Shown piece by piece: positions 49,961 through 58,860 of a DNA stretch of 64,000 bases. The position numbers and the translations under genes are program-made. Every line of letters begins with the position of its first letter. Position 1 is the first letter of the stretch. The DNA is from Trueperaceae bacterium (lineage in GTDB: Bacteria; Deinococcota; Deinococci; Deinococcales; Trueperaceae): the NCBI GenBank assembly GCA_040905465.1, contig JBBDRK010000017.1:1-64000 (forward strand). The letters run 5' to 3'. The notes beneath the pieces are model-generated. The model was not told where the DNA came from and did no database searches. It worked only from the letters and a program-made list of their open reading frames with translations.

Positions 49961-51284
49961 GGTAGGCTTCCCGCTTCTGGTGGTAGCGTTGCTCATCATC
50001 CTCAACGGCGTGTTCGTGGCGGCTGAGTTTGCAACCGTAGCGGCCAGCGGACGGCGCTTGGCACAGGGCGACGGGGGTCGGACATGGACGGTCCGCTACG
50101 TACGACGTGTTTTGTCGAGCGCGGCGTCCCGGGATCGCTATATCGCGATTGCACAACTCGGTATCACGCTGGCCACTATCGGGCTGGGTATGTACGGAGA
50201 GCCCTCCATCGCCGCATGGATCTACGGCCCGATCGAGGGGCTCTTCGGCATCGGCGAGGGGCTAGCCCACACCGCCGGCACTGTCGTCGCAGTCGTCGTT
50301 CTGACCTACTTCCATGTGGTGGTGGGGGAGATGATCCCCAAGGCGATCGCGCTGCAGGCGCCCGAGCGGACCGCCGTCGGGGTCGCGCGGGTGATGCACC
50401 TCACCGGCATGCTCTTCTACCCACTGGTCGCGCTGTTGAACGCTGTCGCCACGGCCCTGCTTCGCCTGCTTCGGATACCCGTAAGCGGCGAGTCGCGCCA
50501 CTACTCCTCGGCGGAGCTCGTGCACCTGATACAGGAGAGCCACGAGGAGGGTGCGGTGAGCGAGGAGGAACAGCGACTCATCCGCAACATCCTCGATTTC
50601 GGCGAGCGCCAGGTGCGCCAGGTGATGGTCCCGCGGGTGAGGTTGCGGGCGCTTCCCATCGATGCCGGGTGGGAGGAGGCGGGGAGGTTCCTCGCCGAAT
50701 ACCGCTTCACTCGATACCCCGTCTACCGCGGCCACCTGGACCGGGTGGTCGGCATCCTTCACGTCAAGGACTTCATCCGCCACGATGCCGCCGGTGAGCC
50801 CGTCGATCTACGCGCCCTGGTGCGCCGCGTGCCGAGGATCCCCGAGACGCTGCCGATCGAGAACCTGCTCGAGTCGTTCAGGCGCCTGCACGTGCACATG
50901 GCGATCGTGGTGGACGAGTATGGCGGGACCAGCGGAATCGTGACCCTCGACGATCTTCTCGAGGAGGTGGTGGGCGAGGTGGACGATGAGTTCGGGGAAC
51001 CCCAACCGCCCGAGGTAGAGCCGCTCCGTGACGGCAGGTTCCTGGTCGACGGGGCGTTACCGCTTCATCGCTTCAACGAGCATTTCGGCACGGCGTTGGA
51101 GGCGGAGGAGTCTACTACCGTGGCCGGTTTCATACTGGAGCGGCTGAAGCGCGTTCCGGTGACGGACGACGAAGTGACGACCGAGACCTTGATCCTGCGC
51201 GTCCAGGAGATAGAGGGCCAGGCAATCAGACGGCTGCTCGTCGAGATCCTGGCCGGCGGATCGGACCGGGGCGATGAGACGTAG
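49953..51284 (+). CDS. hemolysin-family CNNM/CBS/CorC transporter (second copy)
   Basis: NGVFVAAEF, QLGIT, GEMIPK, FTRYPV, DEYGG. Confidence 0.9.
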   Translation: MREVGFPLLVVALLIILNGVFVAAEFATVAASGRRLAQGDGGRTWTVRYVRRVLSSAASRDRYIAIAQLGITLATIGLGMYGEPSIAAWIYGPIEGLFGIGEGLAHTAGTVVAVVVLTYFHVVVGEMIPKAIALQAPERTAVGVARVMHLTGMLFYPLVALLNAVATALLRLLRIPVSGESRHYSSAELVHLIQESHEEGAVSEEEQRLIRNILDFGERQVRQVMVPRVRLRALPIDAGWEEAGRFLAEYRFTRYPVYRGHLDRVVGILHVKDFIRHDAAGEPVDLRALVRRVPRIPETLPIENLLESFRRLHVHMAIVVDEYGGTSGIVTLDDLLEEVVGEVDDEFGEPQPPEVEPLRDGRFLVDGALPLHRFNEHFGTALEAEESTTVAGFILERLKRVPVTDDEVTTETLILRVQEIEGQAIRRLLVEILAGGSDRGDET

Positions 51285-51507
51285 TTGCTGCTCAAATGCC
51301 ATGACATTTAAGTGCCATGACGTTCAAGCGAGTGCCAAGGAGGTCGAGCAGCAACGGCTGGTGGAGTACGTAGCTGACTCCTGGGACATGGCGGATCGCC
51401 TCCGCTCCGTGCCCACGCCCGGCCACGAGGGGCAGTACGCTGAACTGCCGCTACGGGCCGCTTATGCCAACTATGAGCCTCAGGGGGCGGAGGGGCGGAA
51501 ACAGCCT

Positions 51508-51637
51508 CTGTTCGAGACCGGGCTCCCTACCCGCTACTACATTCCCGCCATGGACGCGCGGCTGGATCTGCTCGAGCCGAGCGACCGTACCAGCGGCTGC
51601 CCATATAAAAGGGCACGCCAACTATTACAACGTTCGG
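51508..51637 (+). pseudogene. DUF427 fragment
   Basis: LFETGLPTRYYIP..DLLEPSD..GCPYK, a +1 shift, then GHANYYNVR. Homologous to 36807..36935. Confidence 0.75.
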
Positions 51638-51639
51638 GC

Positions 51640-51780
51640 AGGGGCAGGAGCGATCGCCTAACGACAGGCCTGCACGTCGAGTAAGCGGACGTAGTTCTCC
51701 GCCAAGATAGGCGAGCTCTTCAGAGAACGACTCGACCGGCACGCCGAGCCCACCAAGGGCTTCCCGAACATCGTCGATCG
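51640..51780 (-). pseudogene. PIN/VapC toxin fragment
   Basis: LGVPVESFSEELAYLGGELRPLTRRAGLSLGDRSC (GLSLGDR motif). Confidence 0.7.
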
Positions 51781-51901
51781 GCACGCCCCAGTCAGATCAC
51801 GGCGGCAGCGGTACCGGTACTTCTCGCCGGCTGGATCGCGCAGCGGCAACTGGTATCCGGCCTCACCATGGGAGCCGTGAAGTGATGGATGACCGGTAGT
51901 G

Positions 51902-52237
51902 GTGGTCGACGCGACCGGGGTGCCGGCGGTGCTCGAGTCGGCGGTAGCTCGGGCTCGCTCGGCCGGCACGGTCTGGGTCTTCGGCGTGGCAGCCGAGGAC
52001 GCCCGCATCTCGGTTTCGCCCTTCGAATTTTTCCGGCGCGATCTGAGCCTGATTGGCTCGTTCGCTGTGAACGGCACCTTCCCGGAGGCCATTTCGCTGG
52101 TTCGCTCGGGCCGAGTTCGGACCGGTCCTCTGGTTTCGCACGTTTTGCCTATTGAGCGCTTTGGCGAGGGGATGGAGATCGCTCGGAGTGACCCCGACCG
52201 GATGAAGGTGCAGTTCCGGCTGGGTAAGGAGTCGTGA
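51902..52237 (+). pseudogene. zinc-binding dehydrogenase 1, C-terminal third only (copy B)
   Basis: VVDATGVP... 51957..52237 matches 39461..39741 with about 14 mismatches in 281 bp. Confidence 0.85.
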
Positions 52238-52852
52238 TCCGGGGAGAGCACTCCCTTGTTGGCTCGGCAAACGCTGGGAGTGCAGGCTCCGGTTCGCAAA
52301 CCCGCTCGTCCGAGACGGATCCGCCAAGTGAGGGGCGAGCGGCGCGCCGGGTCGCTATCGATGCTCCCGATTCCGTTCGTCTCGAGCGCTTCGGACCGGC
52401 GGAGCGGCCACCCGCGCTCAACGCCCGGGTCGAAGTCTCGCTGGTCGGCATCTGCGGCTCGGACCTCCACGTTCTGGCCGGCCACCACCCCTTCGTGAAC
52501 TATCCCGTCCTGCCCGGGCACGAGCTGGTGGGCGTGGTTAGCGCAGTGGGAGACGACGTCGATCACGCGCTGCTCGGTCACAGGGTGACGGTTGAGCCCT
52601 CGCTCTACTGCAGGGAGTGCAGAGCCTGCCGGCGAGGCGAATACAACATCTGCGAGCACCTGAGGGTGATGGGCTTCCAGGCACCGGGAGGAATGGCGGA
52701 CCTCATCGATGTACCCGCACACCGGCTGCACCTGCTGCCCCAGTCGCTGACCGATGACCTGGCCGTGCTGTCTGAGCCCCTGGCGGTGGCTGTTCGCGCC
52801 GTGAGGGTGGCGGACATACGGCAAGGGGACGAGGTAGCGGTGGTGGGCACCG
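52234..52852 (+). pseudogene. zinc-binding dehydrogenase 2, 3'-truncated
   Basis: GICGSDLH, GHE, CRECRACRRG..C, EPLAV. Breaks off at VAVVG, the start of the Rossmann motif. Confidence 0.85.
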
Positions 52853-52892
52853 CAGAAGGACGACCCCATTCTCGCCGCCTCGAAAAGCTGGG

Positions 52893-53309
52893 TCAGAACG
52901 GGTTGTGGATGACGATTCCCGAGTGGTTGCGGCCGTCCTGCATGTCCTCACTAAATATGCGCTCCGCGCCTGCGGCCAGTGCCGCCTCCACGATCAAAGC
53001 GTCCCACAGCGAGAGCATGTCGGTTTCACTTCGCTCGGCGGCCCGCACAATCATCTTGGCGTCGATCTCGGTTGGCGAGAAGGCGCTGAGCCGGCGCACG
53101 ACGTCGACCGCGTCGGTTGGGGGCAGGGGGTCGGCCAGCTTTCGAGTCACTGTCACATAGAACTCTTGGAGCACCTGGGTGCTCAGCAGGAGAGCGTCAG
53201 CAGTTGCGTGACGGTGGAACAGTTCTTGCGCCGTGCGCTTCTTGTCGGGCGACGATTCGTCGAACAGGTAGACGAGGACGTTCGTGTCGAAAAACGTGCG
53301 AGGCGTCAC
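52893..53309 (-). CDS. vapC: PIN-domain toxin
   Basis: FFDTNVLVY, STQVLQEF, SLWDALI, SEDMQ. Confidence 0.9.
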   Translation of the reverse strand: MTPRTFFDTNVLVYLFDESSPDKKRTAQELFHRHATADALLLSTQVLQEFYVTVTRKLADPLPPTDAVDVVRRLSAFSPTEIDAKMIVRAAERSETDMLSLWDALIVEAALAAGAERIFSEDMQDGRNHSGIVIHNPF

Positions 53310-53536
53310 CGCTCATGTAGCTCTTCGCGCGTCCAGCGCCTGCCACGGCTCGCGGACCGGGCAGAATGCGAGACAGTGAGAATCGCCTCGGTCGCTTCCT
53401 CGCGTTCCCTCGACAGTCCGGCATACGATGCCAGAAACTCGCTCAAAATCGCGTTGACCGAGGTACCCTCCTCGATGGCGCGAATGCGTGCGCGCTTCAG
53501 AGCTTCCCGGTCGACTGCTATCGTGATGTTTGCCAT
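53306..53536 (-). CDS. vapB: antitoxin (RHH-type)
   Basis: MANITIAVD..LKRARIRA..GTSVN...WTREELHER. Overlaps the PIN gene start. Confidence 0.85.
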   Translation of the reverse strand: MANITIAVDREALKRARIRAIEEGTSVNAILSEFLASYAGLSREREEATEAILTVSHSARSASRGRRWTREELHER

Positions 53537-53545
53537 GAGCGCTCC

Positions 53546-53574
53546 TCGTGCTATACGACATCAGTGTAGCACGA
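53546..53574. promoter_or_regulatory. palindromic operator over the TA promoter
   Basis: TCGTGCTA-N13-TAGCACGA, overlapping a minus-strand TACACT -10 element. Confidence 0.6.
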
Positions 53575-53784
53575 CCACCCAGGTTCCGCCCATTCCTCCG
53601 CGCCGCGGATCTGCTCCACGATCTCTTCCCGTAGCGGGGGCGCCACCGCGACCAACGGCACCTCGAGCGCGCGCAGCTCGCCGGCCGAGGGTGCTCAGCC
53701 TTTCTCCATGGCTTTGCCTCAGTTGGTTCACAGAGCAGTAGCGCAAGCAAGGTGGCGTTCTGGACGTTCCCGGTCGACCTGGTC

Positions 53785-54021
53785 TTATCTTCGCTCCACG
53801 GCACGCAACATCCTCATCCTCCTCGCCGTTGCTTCCTCACGTGCCTCGTTCGCCTGGTCCAGTGAGCGGAAGCGATAGATTCCAGGTTCGAAGAGCTGGG
53901 GGCAGTTTGCCGGCGCCAGCGAAACTAGTTCGAGCATTCGCGCCAGCGCGGACGGCGCATCCAACGGTTCGGGTGTCGCACTGTTGGCTTGGTCTATAGA
54001 CGAGTAACGCTCCAATGCCAT
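53785..54021 (-). CDS. small hypothetical protein coupled to the nucleotidyltransferase
   Basis: 78 aa with an internal repeat (RYSSIDQAN / RFRSLDQAN). TGATG overlap with the upstream gene. Confidence 0.65.
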   Translation of the reverse strand: MALERYSSIDQANSATPEPLDAPSALARMLELVSLAPANCPQLFEPGIYRFRSLDQANEAREEATARRMRMLRAVERR

Positions 54022-54515
54022 CAGTCTTCCTCATTCCCTGCATTCCGCCCTAGGTGAAAGGCTCGAGCCAGGCGACTTGCGTCATCTTGATCCCTTGCCC
54101 GTGCGGTCCGATGTTTCATGATGTACAGGCTCTCTGGCGTGGCGACTCGCACCGTCACACCATCGAGATCGATTACCTGCCAGTTGGCGTCCTCGTATGC
54201 GAATGCAGTACCCAGCCTGCTAATGAAGTCGATTGGCGGACTGTCTCCGGGGGGAACGTATCGGATGACTGGATAGTTGCCCGCGAGGTCGGCTGCCTCT
54301 ATCTTCTCGATCTCCGGATCGTCGTAGATCGATCGGAGCGCAAGCCGCAGCCGTTCAACGTTGTCGGCGCTGGGGTCCAGCAAAAGGTCTACATCCTCTG
54401 TGGCCCTTACGAGACCGTGAAGGTTCAGGGCCAATCCGCCGATGAGGACGTAGCCGACTCCGGCTTCCGACAGGGCGCGCAACAGGCTCACAATTTGAGT
54501 TCGGTCCACTAACAA
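54021..54515 (-). CDS. nucleotidyltransferase family protein
   Basis: YVLIGGLAL..HG..RATEDVDL, MK..TAR.RDQDD. Confidence 0.8.
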   Translation of the reverse strand: MLVDRTQIVSLLRALSEAGVGYVLIGGLALNLHGLVRATEDVDLLLDPSADNVERLRLALRSIYDDPEIEKIEAADLAGNYPVIRYVPPGDSPPIDFISRLGTAFAYEDANWQVIDLDGVTVRVATPESLYIMKHRTARARDQDDASRLARAFHLGRNAGNEED

Positions 54516-54737
54516 ATCATCTCACGAATGTATGCGCTCAACGTCGGCGACTTTCCGAACGACGAGACGGCCTTGACGATTGCATCCTCAGGCGTAGACT
54601 CGATCGAAGGCCCACGGCTTCAATACAAGTCCCATGAGTCAGGATCGGGAGAAGCGCGGCGGGCTATCCTTCATGGCAACCGACAACAAGGGTATAGGCT
54701 CGACGCCTTCTAAGATCGCCTCGCCCCCTCAGTTCTG

Positions 54738-54783
54738 TTGACAGCAGACGAACCTGCCGCTACACTCCCTGCTAGCGCTAACA
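54738..54783 (+). promoter_or_regulatory. sigma70 promoter with a LacI-type operator for the sulfatase
   Basis: TTGACA-17 nt-TACACT (54738-54766), then TGCTAGCGCTAACA (54770-54783). Confidence 0.7.
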
Positions 54784-54840
54784 CACTACTCGGGCCACCC
54801 GCCCGGCCGTTCACCCGCTCGCCTCCAGGGAGTACCGTCG

Positions 54841-56331
54841 ATGAAAGCTGTCATGGTCATGTTCGACACCCTCAACCGGCGCATGCTGCCGGCATACGGG
54901 TGCGACTGGGTCCACGCCCCCAACTTCGATCGCCTCGCCGCGAAGTCCGTCACCTTCGACAACGCCTGCGTGGGCAGCATGCCGTGCATGCCCGCCCGCC
55001 GGGATCTGCACACGGGGCGCTACAACTTCCTGCACCGCAGCTGGAGCCCGCTCGAGCCGTTCGACAACTCGATGCCGCAGATCCTCCGCCAGAACGGCGT
55101 CTACACCCACTTGATAACCGACCATCAGCACTATTGGGAGGACGGCGGCGCCACCTACCACAACCGTTACAGCAGTTACGAGTTCGTGCGCGGCCAGGAG
55201 GGCGACCTCTGGAAGGGGGTCGTCGAGCCGGACTTCGACATCCCTCCGTACGAGCGAACCCCCTCGGCTCACGAGAATCGGGACGAGGGGGTCCGGCTGT
55301 GGCAGCAGGACTGGATCAACCGAAGCTACATGCCCACGCCGGCGGAGCAGCCGCAGACGATCGCCTTTTCGCTGGGGCTCGAGTTCCTCGAGACCAACGC
55401 CCGCGCCGACGACTGGTTCCTGCAGCTCGAGACTTTCGATCCCCACGAGCCGTACTTCACCCATCAGAAGTACAAGGATCTCTACCCGCACGATTACGAG
55501 GGACCGCACAGCGACTGGCCGCCCTACCATGCCGTGCGGGAGTCCCCGGAGGAGGTCGAGCACCTCCGCTACCAGTACGCCGCCCTGCTCAGCATGTGCG
55601 ACGAGCAACTCGGCCGCGTCCTCGACACCTTCGACCGGCTCGACCTGTGGCAGGACACCATGCTGATCGTCTGCACCGACCATGGATACCTGTTGGGCGA
55701 GCACGGCTGGTGGGCGAAGAACATCCAGCCCTGGTACAACGAGAACGCCCACATCCCGCTGTTCGTGTGGGATCCGCGCAGTGGCAAGGCGGGTGAGCGC
55801 CGGCAGAGCCTGGTGCAGATGATCGATTTCCCGGCCACACTGCTCGAGTACTTCGGCCAGCCGCTGCCGCCGGAGATGCAAGGGCTTCCGCTTGCCGGCA
55901 CCACCGATCACGATGCGGGCGTGCGTGAGGCGGCGCTGTTCGGCATTCACGGTGGGCACGTCAACGTTACCGACGGTCGTTACGTATACATGCGGGCGCC
56001 CGTGAGCTCGGACAACCAACCGCTGTACGAATACACCCTCATGCCCAGCCACATGCGCTCGATGTTCTCGGTCGAGGAGCTCCAGCAGCTGGAGCTGGCG
56101 CCGCCGTTCTCCTTCACCAAGGGCTGCCCGACCATGAAGGTGCCGGCCCGCCCGTGGCTCAACCCACATCGGTTTGGAACGCTGCTATTCGACCTGGAGA
56201 ACGATCCGGCACAGGAGCAGCCGCTCGACGATCCGGAGGTGGAGGAGATGATGATCGGCCACCTCACCAGGCTGATGAAGGCCAACGACGCTCCCGCGGA
56301 GCAGTTCGAGCGGCTGGGCCTGGCCGGATAG
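54841..56331 (+). CDS. Cys-type sulfatase
   Basis: DTL, CMPARRDLHTG (CxPxR), DPHEP, TDHG. Confidence 0.9.
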   Translation: MKAVMVMFDTLNRRMLPAYGCDWVHAPNFDRLAAKSVTFDNACVGSMPCMPARRDLHTGRYNFLHRSWSPLEPFDNSMPQILRQNGVYTHLITDHQHYWEDGGATYHNRYSSYEFVRGQEGDLWKGVVEPDFDIPPYERTPSAHENRDEGVRLWQQDWINRSYMPTPAEQPQTIAFSLGLEFLETNARADDWFLQLETFDPHEPYFTHQKYKDLYPHDYEGPHSDWPPYHAVRESPEEVEHLRYQYAALLSMCDEQLGRVLDTFDRLDLWQDTMLIVCTDHGYLLGEHGWWAKNIQPWYNENAHIPLFVWDPRSGKAGERRQSLVQMIDFPATLLEYFGQPLPPEMQGLPLAGTTDHDAGVREAALFGIHGGHVNVTDGRYVYMRAPVSSDNQPLYEYTLMPSHMRSMFSVEELQQLELAPPFSFTKGCPTMKVPARPWLNPHRFGTLLFDLENDPAQEQPLDDPEVEEMMIGHLTRLMKANDAPAEQFERLGLAG

Positions 56332-56431
56332 CCTCAGCTGTAGCACCGGCGTCTGGCGTGGCTGAGAGGAGCAGCGCGGCCGCTCCATCTTCGTTCTCCA
56401 TCAAATCGAGCTTCTCGTGCTCTTCTGGGAG

Positions 56432-57034
56432 CTATTCCCCCGCCTTCACCTTCATACGCATTCGCTCTACCAACCTCGGTTCGATCTCGTTCCACTCGGG
56501 TGCCACTATCGAATACAGAATCGTATTCCTGTAGGTGCCGTCTTTTGCGAGCATATGACGGCGCAAGCGGCCCTCTTCGGTAGCCCCCAATTTCTCGAGG
56601 GACCGCCTCGAGGCTGTGTTGCGTTCGTCGACCTAAAATTGGACTCGATTCATTCCGAGCTCTTCGAATGCGTATTGGAGAAGGAGGTACTTCGACTCGA
56701 GATTCGTCCCGTCACCGTGGTGGCGGGGAGCGATCCAGCTGTAACCGATGGAACAGCGACGGTTGCCGAGATCGATCTCGTTCAGCCGCGTGGTTCCCAC
56801 CACGGCGCCGTTCTCCTTGTGCACTATCGCAAATGGCAGAGCCGTTCCGGCATCGCGGTTGGCGAAGGCCTGGCCGAAGTAATCATCTCGTTCTGCATCG
56901 GTTCGAGGCGTCGAGGTCCACACGAAGGCGTCGGGCGATTTCGTGGCGATCAGCATCAACGAGGCCAGGTGTTCCGGCACGAGAGGGCTGAGATAAACCG
57001 AGTTCCCGCGCAGGACGGGTTGATGCTGGCTCAT
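56432..57034 (-). pseudogene. GNAT (RimJ/RimL) acetyltransferase with an internal TAG
   Basis: IGYSWI..MNRVQF*VDERNTASRRSLEKLGATEEGRLRRHM..YSI..EW. TAG at 56633-56635; the frame stays open to 56432. Confidence 0.8.
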
Positions 57035-57141
57035 TGAGGAGGAGAGGCTCCTTTGTGCGGCAAACCACGGCCGCTTTCGAAGTTACCGGGTTAACGGGTA
57101 GCGACTGCTCGTTACTCGCCCGGACCGACTGAGGGAGGGTC

Positions 57142-57672
57142 TTACCGAGCCTGGACGAAAAGGGCAACAGAATCGGCTATCCGCCGGCTCGATGCCTCGA
57201 GCTCATCGAACATCGCCCGCCTCGCCGCCGCCGGATCCCGCGATTCGATCGCTTCTACTATCTTCAGGTGGCGTTCGCGCATCTCGACCTCTTGGCGTTG
57301 ATCGGAAACCTGTGCGAGCACGCGGAGCATGTCGTCGAAGAGGCGCGAGATGCTGTCCACCAGGCGGGAGTTGTTGGTCGATTCGGCTATGAGCATATGG
57401 AAGGCCCGGTTGGTTATTGCCAGTTTTCGCCCATCTACCACGCCGTCGGTAGAGTTGTCCTTGAGTGCGAGTTCCCGGAGTTGTCGAACCTGGTCTGGCC
57501 GCATCTGCTGGCTGGCGCGTTCCGCCGCCGCCCCTTCGAGCAGTGAGCGAAGGAAGACGATCTCCTGTGCGTCGGCGAGCCCGAGCGAGTTGATCAAGTA
57601 ACCCTGCCTCGCCTTGACCGATATCAGCCCGGCCTCTATCGCTCGGGCCAAGGCGTAGCGCACTGGCGACCG
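57142..57672 (-). pseudogene. GntR family regulator, 5'-truncated
   Basis: Begins inside the HTH (RSPVRYAL), followed by an FCD domain with NRAFH. Confidence 0.75.
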
Positions 57673-57976
57673 AACGGCAAGGGCGAAGGGCTTGCGCAAC
57701 CGTGTGGTCGTATATAGGCACGCCTTGCGTAACGCCCTCCCCCCGGTAGTGACTGTCATCGGCATACAGGTGGGCAATCTACTGGGCGGGTCGGTGGTCA
57801 CCGAAACCGTGTTTGCCTGGCCGGGAATCGGACGCTACGCCTATCTGGCAATGATGCAGCGCGACTACACGACGGTGATGGGCAGCCTGTTCCTCTTTTC
57901 GCTCATCTATATGGTCATCAACCTACTCACCGACTTGTCCTACGGCTGGCTGGATCCCCGCGTTCGCTATGGCTAA
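57671..57976 (+). pseudogene. dppB: DppB-type permease, C-terminal third only
   Basis: RTARAKGL..HALRNAL..ETVFAWPGIG..RDY..DPRVR. Confidence 0.8.
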
Positions 57977-58790
57977 ATGGAAACGCTACGTTCGCAATCC
58001 GCCGGCCGTAGCCGGTACCCTCATCTGCTTGGGCCTGATAGTCGTGGCTGTCTTCGCCCCGTCGATCGCACCCTACCCGCCCGATCAGATGCAGCTGGGT
58101 AACCGTCACCTGCCTCCATCCCCCGGCCACTGGATGGGGACCGACTTCTTCGGCCGCGACATTCTCAGTCGAATTATCATGGGAAGCCGAATAACGGTAG
58201 CTGTCGGAATCATCGCCCTTGTCGCTCAGGCGGCCATCGGCATTCCCCTGGGCCTGGCCGCTGGGTATTTCAAGGGCCGAGTCGACATGGTGATAATGCG
58301 ACTCACCGACATCTTCATGTCGTTTCCCACAATCTTGCTGGCCCTCGCGATCATGGCAGTCAGTGGCGGCGGCTTCTGGAATCTGATACTCGTCCTGAGC
58401 ATCACCAGTTGGACGTCCTTCTCCAGGCTCGTCCGCTCTCAGGTCTTGACCCTGACCGAAAGAGACTTCGTGCAGAGCTCCCATGCCCTCGGCGCCCGTG
58501 ACCTGCGCACCATCTTCCGGCACATTCTGCCCAACTGCATTCCGATAATCATCGTGCACGCGACCTTCGTCGTCGCCGTACCGATACTTGCCGAATCGTC
58601 TCTCAGCTTCCTGGGGCTCGGCCTGCCGCCCGAGACTTCCAGTTGGGGAGCGATGGCGGCGACCGGACGCGCCTACATACGCGAGGCTTGGTGGTCAGTT
58701 ACCTTTCCCGGGCTGGCGATTGCCCTCGTGGTGCTGGGCACCAACCTACTCGGAGACGCCCTACGGGACGTTCTCGACCCGAAGATGTGA
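57969..58790 (+). CDS. dppC: peptide ABC permease (DppC/OppC)
   Basis: HWMGTDFFGRDILSR, RHILPN, LSFLGLG. Confidence 0.9.
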   Translation: MAKWKRYVRNPPAVAGTLICLGLIVVAVFAPSIAPYPPDQMQLGNRHLPPSPGHWMGTDFFGRDILSRIIMGSRITVAVGIIALVAQAAIGIPLGLAAGYFKGRVDMVIMRLTDIFMSFPTILLALAIMAVSGGGFWNLILVLSITSWTSFSRLVRSQVLTLTERDFVQSSHALGARDLRTIFRHILPNCIPIIIVHATFVVAVPILAESSLSFLGLGLPPETSSWGAMAATGRAYIREAWWSVTFPGLAIALVVLGTNLLGDALRDVLDPKM

Positions 58791-58860
58791 TCTTCGGTAC
58801 GAACAGTTGCACGCAAGTAGAAGATCCGACCTGCAGTCGGCAGATCGGGGAGAGGAACAG

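Noticed and set aside
52853-53160. C-terminal part of the 308-aa ADH ORF
   Set aside because: It is the antisense of the PIN gene, reached only because adh2 is truncated.
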